Notes under the pieces: model-generated | The model's input: only the letters and a program-made list of their open reading frames with translations | Told to the model about the DNA's origin: nothing | Database searches by the model: none | Part shown: piece after piece, positions 37,469-47,605 of the stretch | How the letters are laid out: every line of letters begins with the position of its first letter | How positions within the stretch are numbered: the stretch's first letter is position 1 | Translations under genes and position numbers: made by a program | NCBI GenBank assembly: GCA_038247415.1 | Contig: JBBRUX010000009.1 | Coordinates: 1 to 64,000 of the forward strand | Direction of reading: 5' to 3' | DNA length: 64,000 bases | Source: Chitinivibrionales bacterium | Lineage (GTDB): Bacteria; Fibrobacterota; Chitinivibrionia; Chitinivibrionales; WJKA01

Positions 37469-38152
37469 GTGAATATTCAGTACAGCAAGAAAAAGGAAGA
37501 AATGCGCAAAGACCCAGTTATGGATCTGATGGTCAAGGCAAAGGATTTTGCTCAAAATCAATCGCAGATTCTCCTGATTGTAGTTGGAGTAGTTCTTGTT
37601 AGTTTGGTTGGCTACTGGGCGTATAATGGAATGCAAAAAGATAAGCTTTCCAAGGCACAAGATGTTTTTGGAAAAGCTATGATTGCCTATGAGAAAAACG
37701 ATTTTTCTGCTGCAACAAGCGCTTTTAAAGAAGTAATCGAATCGTATCCGCAAAGTCCACATGCAGCAATGAGCGCTTTTTTGCTGGGCGATATCGGTGC
37801 AAAAATGAACAATTTCGATGATGCAATCTCATGGTATGAGAAAGCAAGTCGTAAAGCATCAAAAACTTCATTTATAGAAGGTGCAGCTCTGGAAGGACTT
37901 GCAACCAATTACGAGTCAAAAGGTGATATTCCTAAGGCGATCGAATGCTTCGAAAAAGCAGCAGCCGATCCTTCTATTGCGTATCGTACCTCGTCGATCC
38001 GCTGGAAATTGGCATTGCTTAACGAAGAAATCAAACAATACGATAAAGCGCTATCCTATTGCAGTCAAATTGTTTCCGATACTTCTGCACAGATGTTTCG
38101 TCAGAAAGCAGAAAATTTAAAAATCGAGATTGAAAATAAAAAAGCCCTGTAA
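37469..38152 (+). CDS. Single-TM TPR protein (YfgM-like)
   Basis: AGGAGG RBS, 'KKEEMRKDP' N-terminus, one TM and TPRs ('YPQSPHA'). Confidence 0.8.
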   Translation: MNIQYSKKKEEMRKDPVMDLMVKAKDFAQNQSQILLIVVGVVLVSLVGYWAYNGMQKDKLSKAQDVFGKAMIAYEKNDFSAATSAFKEVIESYPQSPHAAMSAFLLGDIGAKMNNFDDAISWYEKASRKASKTSFIEGAALEGLATNYESKGDIPKAIECFEKAAADPSIAYRTSSIRWKLALLNEEIKQYDKALSYCSQIVSDTSAQMFRQKAENLKIEIENKKAL

Positions 38153-38178
38153 AGGGTTCTTTTTGTGAGGTGTAATTC

Positions 38179-38216
38179 AAAAGCCCATATGGTAAAAAGC
38201 CATATGGGCTTTTTTT
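38179..38216 (+). terminator. Intrinsic terminator
   Basis: AAAAGCCCATATGG-TAAAAAG-CCATATGGGCTTTTTTT. Confidence 0.85.
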
Positions 38217-38283
38217 GTCCTCTATGATATGATGTTTTAATGCACGAGCTCGAAGCGATGCCAATGTACCCTGGAGAAAACGC

Positions 38284-39423
38284 ATGTCAGACATGACAGA
38301 ACCGATGCTTGCACAGGATAATTCCGATTGGGTTCTAGCTTTTCTCGAGTCGGTTGACTGCACAACACCGCTGCATCAAATATACTCGTACCTTCTTGAA
38401 AAAATCTGCGTTCAAGCTCAATGTGCACAGGCTTTTTTGGCGCTTTCAGATGCTTCCAAGTGGTGGGAGGTGTTTGCGTACACCCTCGAAAACTCCGTAG
38501 GGGAGTGGGTTGATATTCAGAAAACTAACAGGTACACGAAACGCACATTTTCTGGTCAGTATGATCACAGTTCTCCCCTTGAAATCGCTGATATCTTTCC
38601 AACCGCTACCTATACCAGTATTCCTTTCAAAGCCGAATTTGCTCAGTCGGCATGGCTTATTCTGCCCGTGTCGCATGCGGCAAAGAGTATTCCGCTATTG
38701 GGAAGGCTCTGTTCGCATCTTTTAACTCAAAAATCTATATATTACTATGGACTTGCTACCGAATGTAAAGCGCGAGGCGCTAAGACTTTATCGACCATGA
38801 TCCATGATATTCGTAATCCACTCTCGGGAGTTACTGGTTTTGCGCAACTGCTTAAGAGAAAATTGACTGATGCAAAACAAATTGAATATTCTGAAATTAT
38901 TCTAACAACTCTTCGCCGTATCGAACAAACCGCATCTGAACCCGTACGCTTTGTTCGGGGGGATAGCGCGGAGGTTGAGATGGTTGCATGCAATGTTGAT
39001 GAGATCCTTGCAACGACGCTTGATGGTATGAGCCAGAGCTCAACGATGCAGCATGTTCGGGTATTCTCTCGTTTGGAAAGTGGAGCTTCAATTCAATTTG
39101 TTCCAGAGTGGCTTAAGCGGATAATTTCTGCTCTCATGGAAAATGCTACGGTATCGATTGCCGAAAAAGGCGAGATTAGCGTCTCCTCGCACCGCTTTGA
39201 GACACGCGTGGAAATTGTCATCCAAGACAGCGGCAAGGGAATACCGATTATGGTTCGTAATCATGTGGTTAAACCGTTGTTTGCATTCGATAAAGAAAAA
39301 TCAGCAGGTCTAGGCTTGGCAATGGTAAGTTATATGGCCAAAGTAGGCGGTGGTACGGTGCAGGTTTCATCGGTTCCCTGCTATGGAACGCGCTGTGTTC
39401 TTTCATTTCCCCTCGGCTTGTAG
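38284..39423 (+). CDS. Cytoplasmic sensor histidine kinase
   Basis: H-box HDIRNPL, N-box LMENA, DSGKGI and GLGL; no TM. Confidence 0.88.
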   Translation: MSDMTEPMLAQDNSDWVLAFLESVDCTTPLHQIYSYLLEKICVQAQCAQAFLALSDASKWWEVFAYTLENSVGEWVDIQKTNRYTKRTFSGQYDHSSPLEIADIFPTATYTSIPFKAEFAQSAWLILPVSHAAKSIPLLGRLCSHLLTQKSIYYYGLATECKARGAKTLSTMIHDIRNPLSGVTGFAQLLKRKLTDAKQIEYSEIILTTLRRIEQTASEPVRFVRGDSAEVEMVACNVDEILATTLDGMSQSSTMQHVRVFSRLESGASIQFVPEWLKRIISALMENATVSIAEKGEISVSSHRFETRVEIVIQDSGKGIPIMVRNHVVKPLFAFDKEKSAGLGLAMVSYMAKVGGGTVQVSSVPCYGTRCVLSFPLGL

Positions 39424-39506
39424 TGGTATTTCTCCCTTCTGCATAAAGCGCAATCCGCTTCCGATATTTATATTCATTCATATATAATTATCTTTCAGGA
39501 GGGTTT

Positions 39507-39860
39507 ATGAATTTTTTGGTATTAGACGATTTGAAAAAACGTAGGTCAGTTTTAGCCGATGCATTGCAGAAAAAACGACATTCAGCAGTTACCTGTGTTA
39601 TCAGCCAAGATTTTATCAACGCGGTTGATGGTCCTTTGCCAGATAAGATTTTAATCGAAATGAAGACCTGGCTGCAAGGAAAATCAGTCTATAATTATTT
39701 CAATATTTTGCCTAAACTTGAAAATATCCCCATAGTGTTGTACAATACTACTGATACTCATGCATCAATAGTTGGTCGCACACCTAACGAAAAAGATCGC
39801 ATTCTGCCAGAAGGCATTAAGCTTGATGAAATTATAAGCATTGCCGAGCAGGATGTATGA
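39507..39860 (+). CDS. Degenerate receiver-like protein
   Basis: GGAGG RBS; 'FLVLDD' beta1; 'PDKILIE' with Glu at the phospho-Asp position; 'IPIVLY'. Confidence 0.6.
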   Translation: MNFLVLDDLKKRRSVLADALQKKRHSAVTCVISQDFINAVDGPLPDKILIEMKTWLQGKSVYNYFNILPKLENIPIVLYNTTDTHASIVGRTPNEKDRILPEGIKLDEIISIAEQDV

Positions 39861-39873
39861 TAAGGATTGACGT

Positions 39874-41709
39874 ATGGCCAGTCGGGCATCACAAGTGTTT
39901 GTCTTTGCAGATACCGACAATGGCGGGGTCATTCATGTTGCAAATATTAAAGGCGGTGTAGGTAAGTCCACTGTTGCGACCAACCTTGCGGCCGCGCTTG
40001 GTAAAAAAGGACCAACCCTGCTCATCGATCTCGATGCGCAGGGGAGTGCCACCTTTGCATATGGTAGAGATCCAGCCGAATTCTCCTTTTCTTCATGGGA
40101 TCTGTTTCGACATCGATACTCTCCCGAAAGCTCCTCAGATAAAAAGAAAACATTTCGATTAACCTTGCCAAGGCTTGAGGCAATGGTTTTTTCACCTATT
40201 CTGGGAGTAGGGAATATTGCCAAGCTTTGTGTGCGCATAGAACAAGGCCTGGATCTTATTCCAGCAAATGGCTCGCTTTTTAATACCGTGCGATCGTACC
40301 ATCTCGAGAATTTTCTTTTTAATCTGGAAATCCTTCGTGAATTTTATAAATACATTATCCTCGATACTCCCTCTGTCTGGAATCGACTTACGCGCATGTT
40401 GTATTGTAAGAGCGATTTGAATCTTATTCCCGTTACGCTTAATGCTCTAAGTACCCGCAGTTTGAGAGAATACCTTATCAATGTTAAAAAACTCTCTAAT
40501 CGTAATACTCGGGTCAGGGTGCGAATTGTCAAGAATGAAGTGTATGGTCGTCAGGATTCTGCAATAAAAGGCAAAACGCGCACCATGTTCGAAAATCGCA
40601 AATTTCTTGAGTCATTGTGCGAGCAGATAGTGGTTAAAAATGAAACCGGCGTATCGGTGATTCCTCAAACAATGATGTTTGACCTTGAGATTCCCGAATC
40701 AGCAACAGTGCGAGATGCGCAGGATGAAGGTCTTGCAGTTGCTCATTTTAAGCAATATTCCACAGCTTCAAAAGCGTTTTTCGATCTTGCTCAAAAAGTG
40801 CAGTATGTTTTAAATACGAAATCTGCGCCACCAACCCGAAATATATGGGATCGTCGTGACGAAATTGTTCGTCCCTTTGTTCACGCTGCGGGCATTGCAG
40901 GGTTTGCGTTTTTATGGTCGCTTAACCCTAAAGCAGATAATCAAATTCCTCCACGCCCTATAGCACCAGTTCAGCTCGTTGTGCCGCCAACGGGGAGCGT
41001 AGCCTATACAACGGGAGATGGAGAGCCCCTTTTTAGAATTGCAAAATATTCTATTTGTCATTTTAAAGCGATCGTCCCCGATAATGAAGATATCTATCGA
41101 TACCTTTTAGAAACTCTCGATATTTACAATAGAACTCGTTTCGAGTCTGAACAGAAAATTGCTTCCGCGGAAACGGTGCCCAGTGGTATTACGCTCCATT
41201 TTTATCCGCCAAGTACTCTTTCTAACCCTCGTGAAAAACAGATTCTCCCTGCGTACGAATTTTTCATGTCTCTGGTTCAAGATAAATATCCGTATATAAC
41301 CGGAGATTGGTGTGAACGCGGCACAGGAGGTGGAACTCCTCATTATGGGATAGATATCGCGGGCACTCGGGGATCTGAAATTATTTGTCCCATCGATGGA
41401 ACTGCTTATTTGCTCGATAATCCGAGCGTTGGAAAATGTATTGGTGTAGTTCGTGATGGTACCGTGCTCTTTTTTGCCCATATGGATCAGCGCTACTTTA
41501 ATTCGGGTGAACATATTAAAAAAGGAATGCCTCTTGGTAAATTAGGGCTTACAGGACACACGAGTGGACCCCATGTACATGTGGGATATGGACTAAAGTC
41601 TCCTGCAGCCGATGGCCTTCCTTTTGGCAATTCCTACTACAAAGTAACCGACCCCAAATTATTTTTCTACCGACAGGCATTTATTGCAAGTATCACTCCT
41701 AACGAGTAA
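39874..41709 (+). CDS. ParA/Soj-family ATPase fused through a TM to LysM-like and M23 peptidase domains
   Basis: KGGVGKST, LIDLDAQG, IILDTP, IPESATVRDAQ; TM FVHAAGIAGFAFLWSL; HYGID, AHMD and HVH motifs. Confidence 0.85.
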   Translation: MASRASQVFVFADTDNGGVIHVANIKGGVGKSTVATNLAAALGKKGPTLLIDLDAQGSATFAYGRDPAEFSFSSWDLFRHRYSPESSSDKKKTFRLTLPRLEAMVFSPILGVGNIAKLCVRIEQGLDLIPANGSLFNTVRSYHLENFLFNLEILREFYKYIILDTPSVWNRLTRMLYCKSDLNLIPVTLNALSTRSLREYLINVKKLSNRNTRVRVRIVKNEVYGRQDSAIKGKTRTMFENRKFLESLCEQIVVKNETGVSVIPQTMMFDLEIPESATVRDAQDEGLAVAHFKQYSTASKAFFDLAQKVQYVLNTKSAPPTRNIWDRRDEIVRPFVHAAGIAGFAFLWSLNPKADNQIPPRPIAPVQLVVPPTGSVAYTTGDGEPLFRIAKYSICHFKAIVPDNEDIYRYLLETLDIYNRTRFESEQKIASAETVPSGITLHFYPPSTLSNPREKQILPAYEFFMSLVQDKYPYITGDWCERGTGGGTPHYGIDIAGTRGSEIICPIDGTAYLLDNPSVGKCIGVVRDGTVLFFAHMDQRYFNSGEHIKKGMPLGKLGLTGHTSGPHVHVGYGLKSPAADGLPFGNSYYKVTDPKLFFYRQAFIASITPNE

Positions 41710-41769
41710 ATAGATTTTTTTCTAAATGCTTCAGTCCTGGGCACCCTGTATGCTATCGAAAAGGTTTTC

Positions 41770-42432
41770 GTGGTAAATACTTCATATAAACGCATCGCAT
41801 TAATTCTTTCGATGGTTCTTCCACTGTCTCTGTCATCATGCTTTGTTGCAACAAATGTGCATGGCGGAAAACTATTGCCAGAGGGGAGCGTAGAACTAAT
41901 TCCCTCGGTTTCTTGTGCTTATCGAAACCCCCTCGAACCGAAACGGCCTATGGATGCTATTATGCTTTTGGGGGGGCATTTTGGTTTTGGTCTGTCGCAG
42001 TTTGTAAATATACGAGGGGGGTACCAATATCTGACTCTCGCCCCAGGCATTGTTGATGGGGGAAATAGGTTTGTTGGCAAAAAAGGAAATGTTTACGAAG
42101 TTGAGCCCGTGTTTGCTCTTAAAAAAAATCGTAGCTCTATTTCGTGCGCTTTTGCTCTTTCAAGTGCAGATAGTCTTTATCAAATTGTGCCGGGATATTT
42201 TTATACTCATACAGTTAACAAATACATCGATATACATTTGTCACAAAAAGCATGTGGTGGGTTTTTTCTTAATAGAGGATTATCGATTGCGCTTAATTCT
42301 AACGTGGGGATTCAAATTAAACCGACAAAAACCTCGCCTCTTTCGTTGCTTGTGTTTGCTGGGTGTTTGTATAGTTACGCACTTTTTCAGGCCACTGCAA
42401 GCGTAAGTATGCCCATTGTGGTTGTTCAATAG
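41770..42432 (+). CDS. Hypothetical lipoprotein or beta-rich outer-membrane protein
   Basis: Lipobox LSSC, 'GKLLPEG' and beta-strand pattern. Confidence 0.6.
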   Translation: MVNTSYKRIALILSMVLPLSLSSCFVATNVHGGKLLPEGSVELIPSVSCAYRNPLEPKRPMDAIMLLGGHFGFGLSQFVNIRGGYQYLTLAPGIVDGGNRFVGKKGNVYEVEPVFALKKNRSSISCAFALSSADSLYQIVPGYFYTHTVNKYIDIHLSQKACGGFFLNRGLSIALNSNVGIQIKPTKTSPLSLLVFAGCLYSYALFQATASVSMPIVVVQ

Positions 42433-42474
42433 CAAGACCTGTATTCGAACAAGTCTTGCTCTTTGTAATTATAC

Positions 42475-43047
42475 TTATTGAACCGTCTTTTTTTGTTTGC
42501 AGCCCGTACTATCCGCGTTCATGGGGCACATTTTGCCATCCATTTGGCAATGCTTTCCTCCCTGATCTTCTCCCCATTTATTGCATTGGGCACCAGATTG
42601 GTTGGCAAGATGGCAAGAAGCCATTTTTTGGAATTGTTCATCGGTAAGTACTGATTTAAGCTGCAAAAGATAGTCAAAGCGTGCTTTAGTTGCTTCGGTT
42701 GCGAGTTGCCCACTCTGAACGCTATACGTTTCCAATAGCATTGTATCGGGAGTTTTCTTAAGAAACTCATCTTTAATTTTTAATCGCAGAGTGGCAGACT
42801 TTTCCTGTTGGGCAGTTCGCGCTACCTTCCCTTGTTCGTGAAGAGCCTTGAGCTTGGTTTTTTGATCTGGGGTAAGGTTGAGCTCCGCAAATTGATTATG
42901 CCGTTCCCCAGTTCCTTTTTTTTGACATTGCGTTGCAGGGTCGGCCGCAAGAGCGAATGTTCCCCAAACGAGAATAGTTGACATGATGCATAAAGTTTTG
43001 ATACGCATGTTTTTTCCTTTGAAAAAATGAATATTATTCGGATGCAT
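42475..43047 (-). CDS. Spy/CpxP-family periplasmic chaperone; likely start 43008
   Basis: Signal peptide; 'LNLTPDQ' and 'VLTDEQ' LTxxQ motifs. Confidence 0.85.
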   Translation of the reverse strand: MHPNNIHFFKGKNMRIKTLCIMSTILVWGTFALAADPATQCQKKGTGERHNQFAELNLTPDQKTKLKALHEQGKVARTAQQEKSATLRLKIKDEFLKKTPDTMLLETYSVQSGQLATEATKARFDYLLQLKSVLTDEQFQKMASCHLANQSGAQCNKWGEDQGGKHCQMDGKMCPMNADSTGCKQKKTVQ

Positions 43048-43342
43048 TATCGGCTAAAACAATAGTCGATAGCTCAGGTTCAGACAGAGTACCATTTAAG
43101 AATTCATTTGCCTCATGGAGATCCTCCTCGATTTCCGCTGAGAGAGCAGTTTGATGTGAAGGTGTATGGAAAACACTAAAAGCAATAAACGATGTTACGG
43201 TTAACGCTGTCATGCATGAAAGCAAAAGTGCTCTCCGAGCATGACGCCGTATTTTTGAACGCCTATAAATGGTTTCAAACAGGTGCAATGGAACATCGGG
43301 TATCGACTGTTCCAAAGCTTGGTCGCGATGTCGTAGGTTCAT
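43034..43342 (-). CDS. Putative single-TM anti-sigma factor
   Basis: Lies between the ECF sigma and Spy/CpxP genes; basic stretch followed by one TM. Confidence 0.6.
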   Translation of the reverse strand: MNLRHRDQALEQSIPDVPLHLFETIYRRSKIRRHARRALLLSCMTALTVTSFIAFSVFHTPSHQTALSAEIEEDLHEANEFLNGTLSEPELSTIVLADNASE

Positions 43343-43862
43343 ATGAGCCCTCCCTTGATAATTTTTCTTTAATACGGCATAGGGCTACACGCAACGCACC
43401 AGCAGATCGGTGAGTAATTTCTGAGAGTTCCTCAAAGGAAATCCCCGATATTTCATGTGCCATTAGTAGAAATCTATCGTTTGGACTGAGCATTTTTAAG
43501 GTATCAGAAAGAATGATTTTATCAACACTTGATATTTCTTGAGCGATGATGGTTTCGGGAGTAATAGTAGGGCTTCTTTTTTGCGCATGTCGTTTTTCTT
43601 TGAGTGCTATCCCGATTGATGTGTTGTAGCTTATGCGAAATAACCATGTTGAAAAGGCCGATTTGTTATTAAATTTATGCAAGTTGCAAAAAATGCGAAT
43701 AAAGGTTTCTTGCAACATGTCTTCGCAGAGTTCCTTGTTACCATTGGCAGTTCGGTATATGACGCGCCACAGGAACGGAGCATAGTGTTCGTAGAGTGCT
43801 TTGCACGCGCTTTTGTCGGATGCTTGAGCTTGAGCAATAATTGTAGAATGCAGCTCTTTCAT
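43275..43862 (-). CDS. ECF sigma factor
   Basis: 'EDMLQETFIRIF', 'FSTWLFRI..N' and region 4 'G.SFEELSEI'. Confidence 0.93.
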   Translation of the reverse strand: MKELHSTIIAQAQASDKSACKALYEHYAPFLWRVIYRTANGNKELCEDMLQETFIRIFCNLHKFNNKSAFSTWLFRISYNTSIGIALKEKRHAQKRSPTITPETIIAQEISSVDKIILSDTLKMLSPNDRFLLMAHEISGISFEELSEITHRSAGALRVALCRIKEKLSREGSYEPTTSRPSFGTVDTRCSIAPV

Positions 43863-44041
43863 AGTATTCTATTAGAAAACAATTTCTCCCCAATGTTACA
43901 TTCTGGTATGGTAAAAACAAACAAATTATTTCATGTGAAATCCTTTTGGTAATGTGCCTACCCGAACATATTTTTGAAATTATTAAACAGGTACTCCATA
44001 AGGGGCTGTTTTTCACTGTTTTATGAAGGAAAATGTAAAGA

Positions 44042-45478
44042 ATGTATAAAAATGCACGTGCGATCGACCAGTTGTTTCATGCTTCATGCATTATAATGGG
44101 TCTTTTTACGACATCCCTTGTTGCTGATATCGTAATAACGGAGGAAGCGCGCAAAGATCTCGCTATTACTATATATAAAGATTTTGGTGTGGTTCGAGAT
44201 ACAAGGACAGCAGACCTTCCTAAAGGGATAAATCGTATCCGTTTCGAAACGGTTGCCGCTCAATTGGATCCTGCGTCTGCGATTCTCGATGCAACACGAG
44301 CCGAAGCTAAAATTGATGTGTGGGAGCAATCGTACGAGTTTGACTTGGTAAGCCCCGAAAAACTACTCGAGAAATTTATCGGAAAGCAATTACAGATTAT
44401 TCCAAGCAAAACTATTTGGCCAGATTCGGGCATTCAAAACGCCGAACTTATTAGCGTTCATGGAAGGGAACCGGTTTTTCGGATCGGTCCTAACATCACA
44501 TCAGGTCAAATCGGGCAGATTCTATTTCCGTATATGCCGGATAATTTGTTCACAAAGCCTACGCTCATCTGGCAGATTTCATCTCCAAAAAAACAGCGCA
44601 TCGATTTGGGTGTAACATATGTTACCAATAATATTGCATGGCACTCAGATTATGTGCTTACCCTCGATAAAACAGGCAAGAGCGCTTCTCTGGTTGGATG
44701 GCTTACTATCGAAAATAATAGCGGAATGGACTACGACAAGGCGAATTTTATTTGCGTTGCAGGTGATGTTAATCATGGGATAATGCCTCGCGATCAAATT
44801 CAAAGACCTCTCATGAAAAGTATTTTGTCCGAAGATATCGCTCAAGGATCAAATCCCGAAAAGGCTTTTGAATTTTATACCTTTTCCGTAAAATCTCCTG
44901 TAAGCGTACGCAATAATCAAACGAAACAGGTGTTGTGGCTTCCAGAAACAAAGGTTGCAACAAATCCGTCCTATGTGGTGGATTTTTCGTCCGCCCCAGT
45001 CTTTATACGGGATGGGGCACCCCAGATTCGACAAAATGCGTCGTCTGTATTGACATTTGGAAATACTACGGCGGCAGGGCTTGGTCTTTCTATGCCGCGT
45101 GGTGTTGTGAGGGTTTTTGCCCGGGATGCAACCGGATACGCTTCTTTTGCAGGAGAGCAATGGCTTGATGATGTTGCAATTGATCGGACTGTTACCGTTG
45201 CGGCGGCCAACGCGTTTGATATTGTGGCAGAGCGAAAAGACCTTGAAGTTAGACGCAAGCAAGATGGCAACTTTGAAGTTAATCGACAAATTACGATTAC
45301 CAATTCCAAAGACAAAGATGTTATACTTAAAATACTAGAAAACGTTGGTGTTGGTGGCAAAGTGGTAAAATCTAATTTTGAAGCCAAAAAAATGTCAGCA
45401 GCAATTGTTGAATGGACGGTTTCTGTTCCTGCACATGGAGTGTATGTGCTTGATGCGCTTATTAGCAGCAGAGATTGA
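44042..45478 (+). CDS. DUF4139/DUF4140 domain exported protein
   Basis: 'ITIY...GVVRD.R', 'YEFDLVSPEKLLEK', 'W..DY' and 'N.SG.DY...VAGDV'. Confidence 0.85.
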   Translation: MYKNARAIDQLFHASCIIMGLFTTSLVADIVITEEARKDLAITIYKDFGVVRDTRTADLPKGINRIRFETVAAQLDPASAILDATRAEAKIDVWEQSYEFDLVSPEKLLEKFIGKQLQIIPSKTIWPDSGIQNAELISVHGREPVFRIGPNITSGQIGQILFPYMPDNLFTKPTLIWQISSPKKQRIDLGVTYVTNNIAWHSDYVLTLDKTGKSASLVGWLTIENNSGMDYDKANFICVAGDVNHGIMPRDQIQRPLMKSILSEDIAQGSNPEKAFEFYTFSVKSPVSVRNNQTKQVLWLPETKVATNPSYVVDFSSAPVFIRDGAPQIRQNASSVLTFGNTTAAGLGLSMPRGVVRVFARDATGYASFAGEQWLDDVAIDRTVTVAAANAFDIVAERKDLEVRRKQDGNFEVNRQITITNSKDKDVILKILENVGVGGKVVKSNFEAKKMSAAIVEWTVSVPAHGVYVLDALISSRD

Positions 45479-45524
45479 GTGCACTAAAGGAGCTCATTTT
45501 TAACTAGACGAGTAGATCGAGACT

Positions 45525-47600
45525 ATGGTGCAAGAAACCAGAAAAAATATTCTGGGAAAAACTAAGGCGATTTTCATTGAGGAAGTCAAGACCGAACGCT
45601 GGACTTCGTGGATACGCCTTGGATTAGGGCTTTTGGGAGCACTGGTTTTTACAATAGAGTATCGCTTGGGGCTTTTGCCTTTATCGATCTTTTGTATTCA
45701 GTTCGGCTGCATGGCTGTACTTTCTGGATACAGTGCATTTTTTATCTTGTATTTTAGCCGACCAGAAATTCAGCGCCGCTCCGGATTCCTTCTTGTCTTT
45801 TTCGACGTTACCATTGTCACCTATTTAATTTGGTCGTTTTTTCTTAATGGGGCTAGCGCCCCCTCAATTCATTCGTCATTATTTTGCGCATATTTTATAG
45901 CAATCGCCTTTACGGCACTTAACCATCGTGCACGTTATGCTTTGTTTGGTGGGGCACTGGCGGTTATAGAATATTCCTTTGTGTATTTCTATTTTATCGA
46001 GCCACGTTCTGCAGATCAGGCAGATTCTCCCTACGGATTTATCCTCAGAATATTTTCATTGATGCTAGTCGCATATCTTGGCGGTTTTATATCCCGTAAA
46101 AATTATCGCACGATTCATAAAATGGTACGTTCCGAAATGCGCTACCAGAAGCTCGTGCACCGTTTGCCAGAAATGCTCTTTACTATCGACCAACTTGGGG
46201 TGTTTACTTGGGCTAATACAACATGTCATACCATTTTAGGAATACCTGCCAAATCAATTATTGGTAGGAACCTCCGCGAATTTATTGTTTCACCCAAAGA
46301 ACTGAGGCTTCGCGCAGAAGGCATTCGGGAAACTTTGGAGATAAAAGATTTCGAAGGTGCCATTAAATTTGTAGAATGCACAATACGGCCAGCCGATCCC
46401 GAGGATAAAAAAGCAGCGTGGGAAGGGATTCTTTCAGATATCACCGACCGCGAAACTGCAATTTCGCAACGTGAGATTATGTCCAACCGCTTGTTCCAGT
46501 ATCAAAAAATGGAATCGCTTGGTACCTTGGCAAGCGGGATGGCACACGATTTTAATAATATTTTGCAGACAGTCAATGATATGGTTTCTATGGTTAAGCA
46601 AGAAACCAATGAGCAGGAAACTAATAAACGCATGGATCTTATGGCCGAGTCTCTTGCCGAAGCAAAGTTTCTTGTTTCTGAATTGTTTGCGCTCGGTCGC
46701 AAAAAACCTCTTGATTACAAACCAATTAGCATTCGACACTACTTCGAGCACATATTGCCTTTATTCCGAAACCAACTTGGGCCCCAATTCGAGATCGTTG
46801 TACGCGCAGCAAAAGATCCACTGTATATTCAAGGTGATCCCGAATATCTTAAGCGCGTGTTTCAAAATCTTATTGGGAACTCGCGGGATGCAATGCCCAG
46901 TGGTGGAAAAATTACCATCGAATGTTTTGCCGAAGGTAAAGAAAATTCAATGCGGAGTATTGTCATACGGTTTATTGATACGGGTACCGGTATGCCATCC
47001 GAACTTACAGAATCGGTGTTCGATCCATTCTTTACAACAAAAAAACCTGGCAAGGGAACCGGATTAGGTCTGGCTCTTGTGCGGCGCATTGTTAATCTGC
47101 ATAAAGGTCATGTTTTTATTGAGCGTACCAGTTCTGCGGGAACGGTCTTTCGCATCGAATTCCCGGAGTCTGAAAGGGGCGCCACCGATACCGATACAAC
47201 ATTTATTATGCTCAATCGGCTCAATTCCCGAATTCTGTTGCTTGACGATGATGCAAAAATCAGGGATATTCTTAAAGTGTTCGTGAAGTCTTTTGGTCAT
47301 ACCGTTTGTGAATCGGGTACCGCCGAAGAAGCAGAGACTGAACTGCGCAAATATGTCTCGGAAGTGAGTATCGTTATGATGGATTGGCGCATTGGTGCCG
47401 ATGATCCCCATCAGGCTATTGCCGCCCTGCGCTCTATAAAGCCAGAGCTTGTTATTATGGTTGTATCTGGATACCCACCTCAACCTAAAAGCATAGAAGC
47501 ACTCAAAATTGATAAGTGGTTTACAAAGCCATACGACAAAAATGTTCTTGACCTCGAAATTCAGAGAGCGCTCTTTCGGATTCAGAAAACAAAATCCTAA
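45525..47600 (+). CDS. Membrane hybrid histidine kinase (multi-TM, PAS, HisKA, HATPase, receiver)
   Basis: QKMESLGTLASGMAHDFNNIL, NSRDAM, DTGTG, FFTTK, GTGLGL and a C-terminal REC domain. Confidence 0.95.
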   Translation: MVQETRKNILGKTKAIFIEEVKTERWTSWIRLGLGLLGALVFTIEYRLGLLPLSIFCIQFGCMAVLSGYSAFFILYFSRPEIQRRSGFLLVFFDVTIVTYLIWSFFLNGASAPSIHSSLFCAYFIAIAFTALNHRARYALFGGALAVIEYSFVYFYFIEPRSADQADSPYGFILRIFSLMLVAYLGGFISRKNYRTIHKMVRSEMRYQKLVHRLPEMLFTIDQLGVFTWANTTCHTILGIPAKSIIGRNLREFIVSPKELRLRAEGIRETLEIKDFEGAIKFVECTIRPADPEDKKAAWEGILSDITDRETAISQREIMSNRLFQYQKMESLGTLASGMAHDFNNILQTVNDMVSMVKQETNEQETNKRMDLMAESLAEAKFLVSELFALGRKKPLDYKPISIRHYFEHILPLFRNQLGPQFEIVVRAAKDPLYIQGDPEYLKRVFQNLIGNSRDAMPSGGKITIECFAEGKENSMRSIVIRFIDTGTGMPSELTESVFDPFFTTKKPGKGTGLGLALVRRIVNLHKGHVFIERTSSAGTVFRIEFPESERGATDTDTTFIMLNRLNSRILLLDDDAKIRDILKVFVKSFGHTVCESGTAEEAETELRKYVSEVSIVMMDWRIGADDPHQAIAALRSIKPELVIMVVSGYPPQPKSIEALKIDKWFTKPYDKNVLDLEIQRALFRIQKTKS

Positions 47601-47605
47601 AAAGT

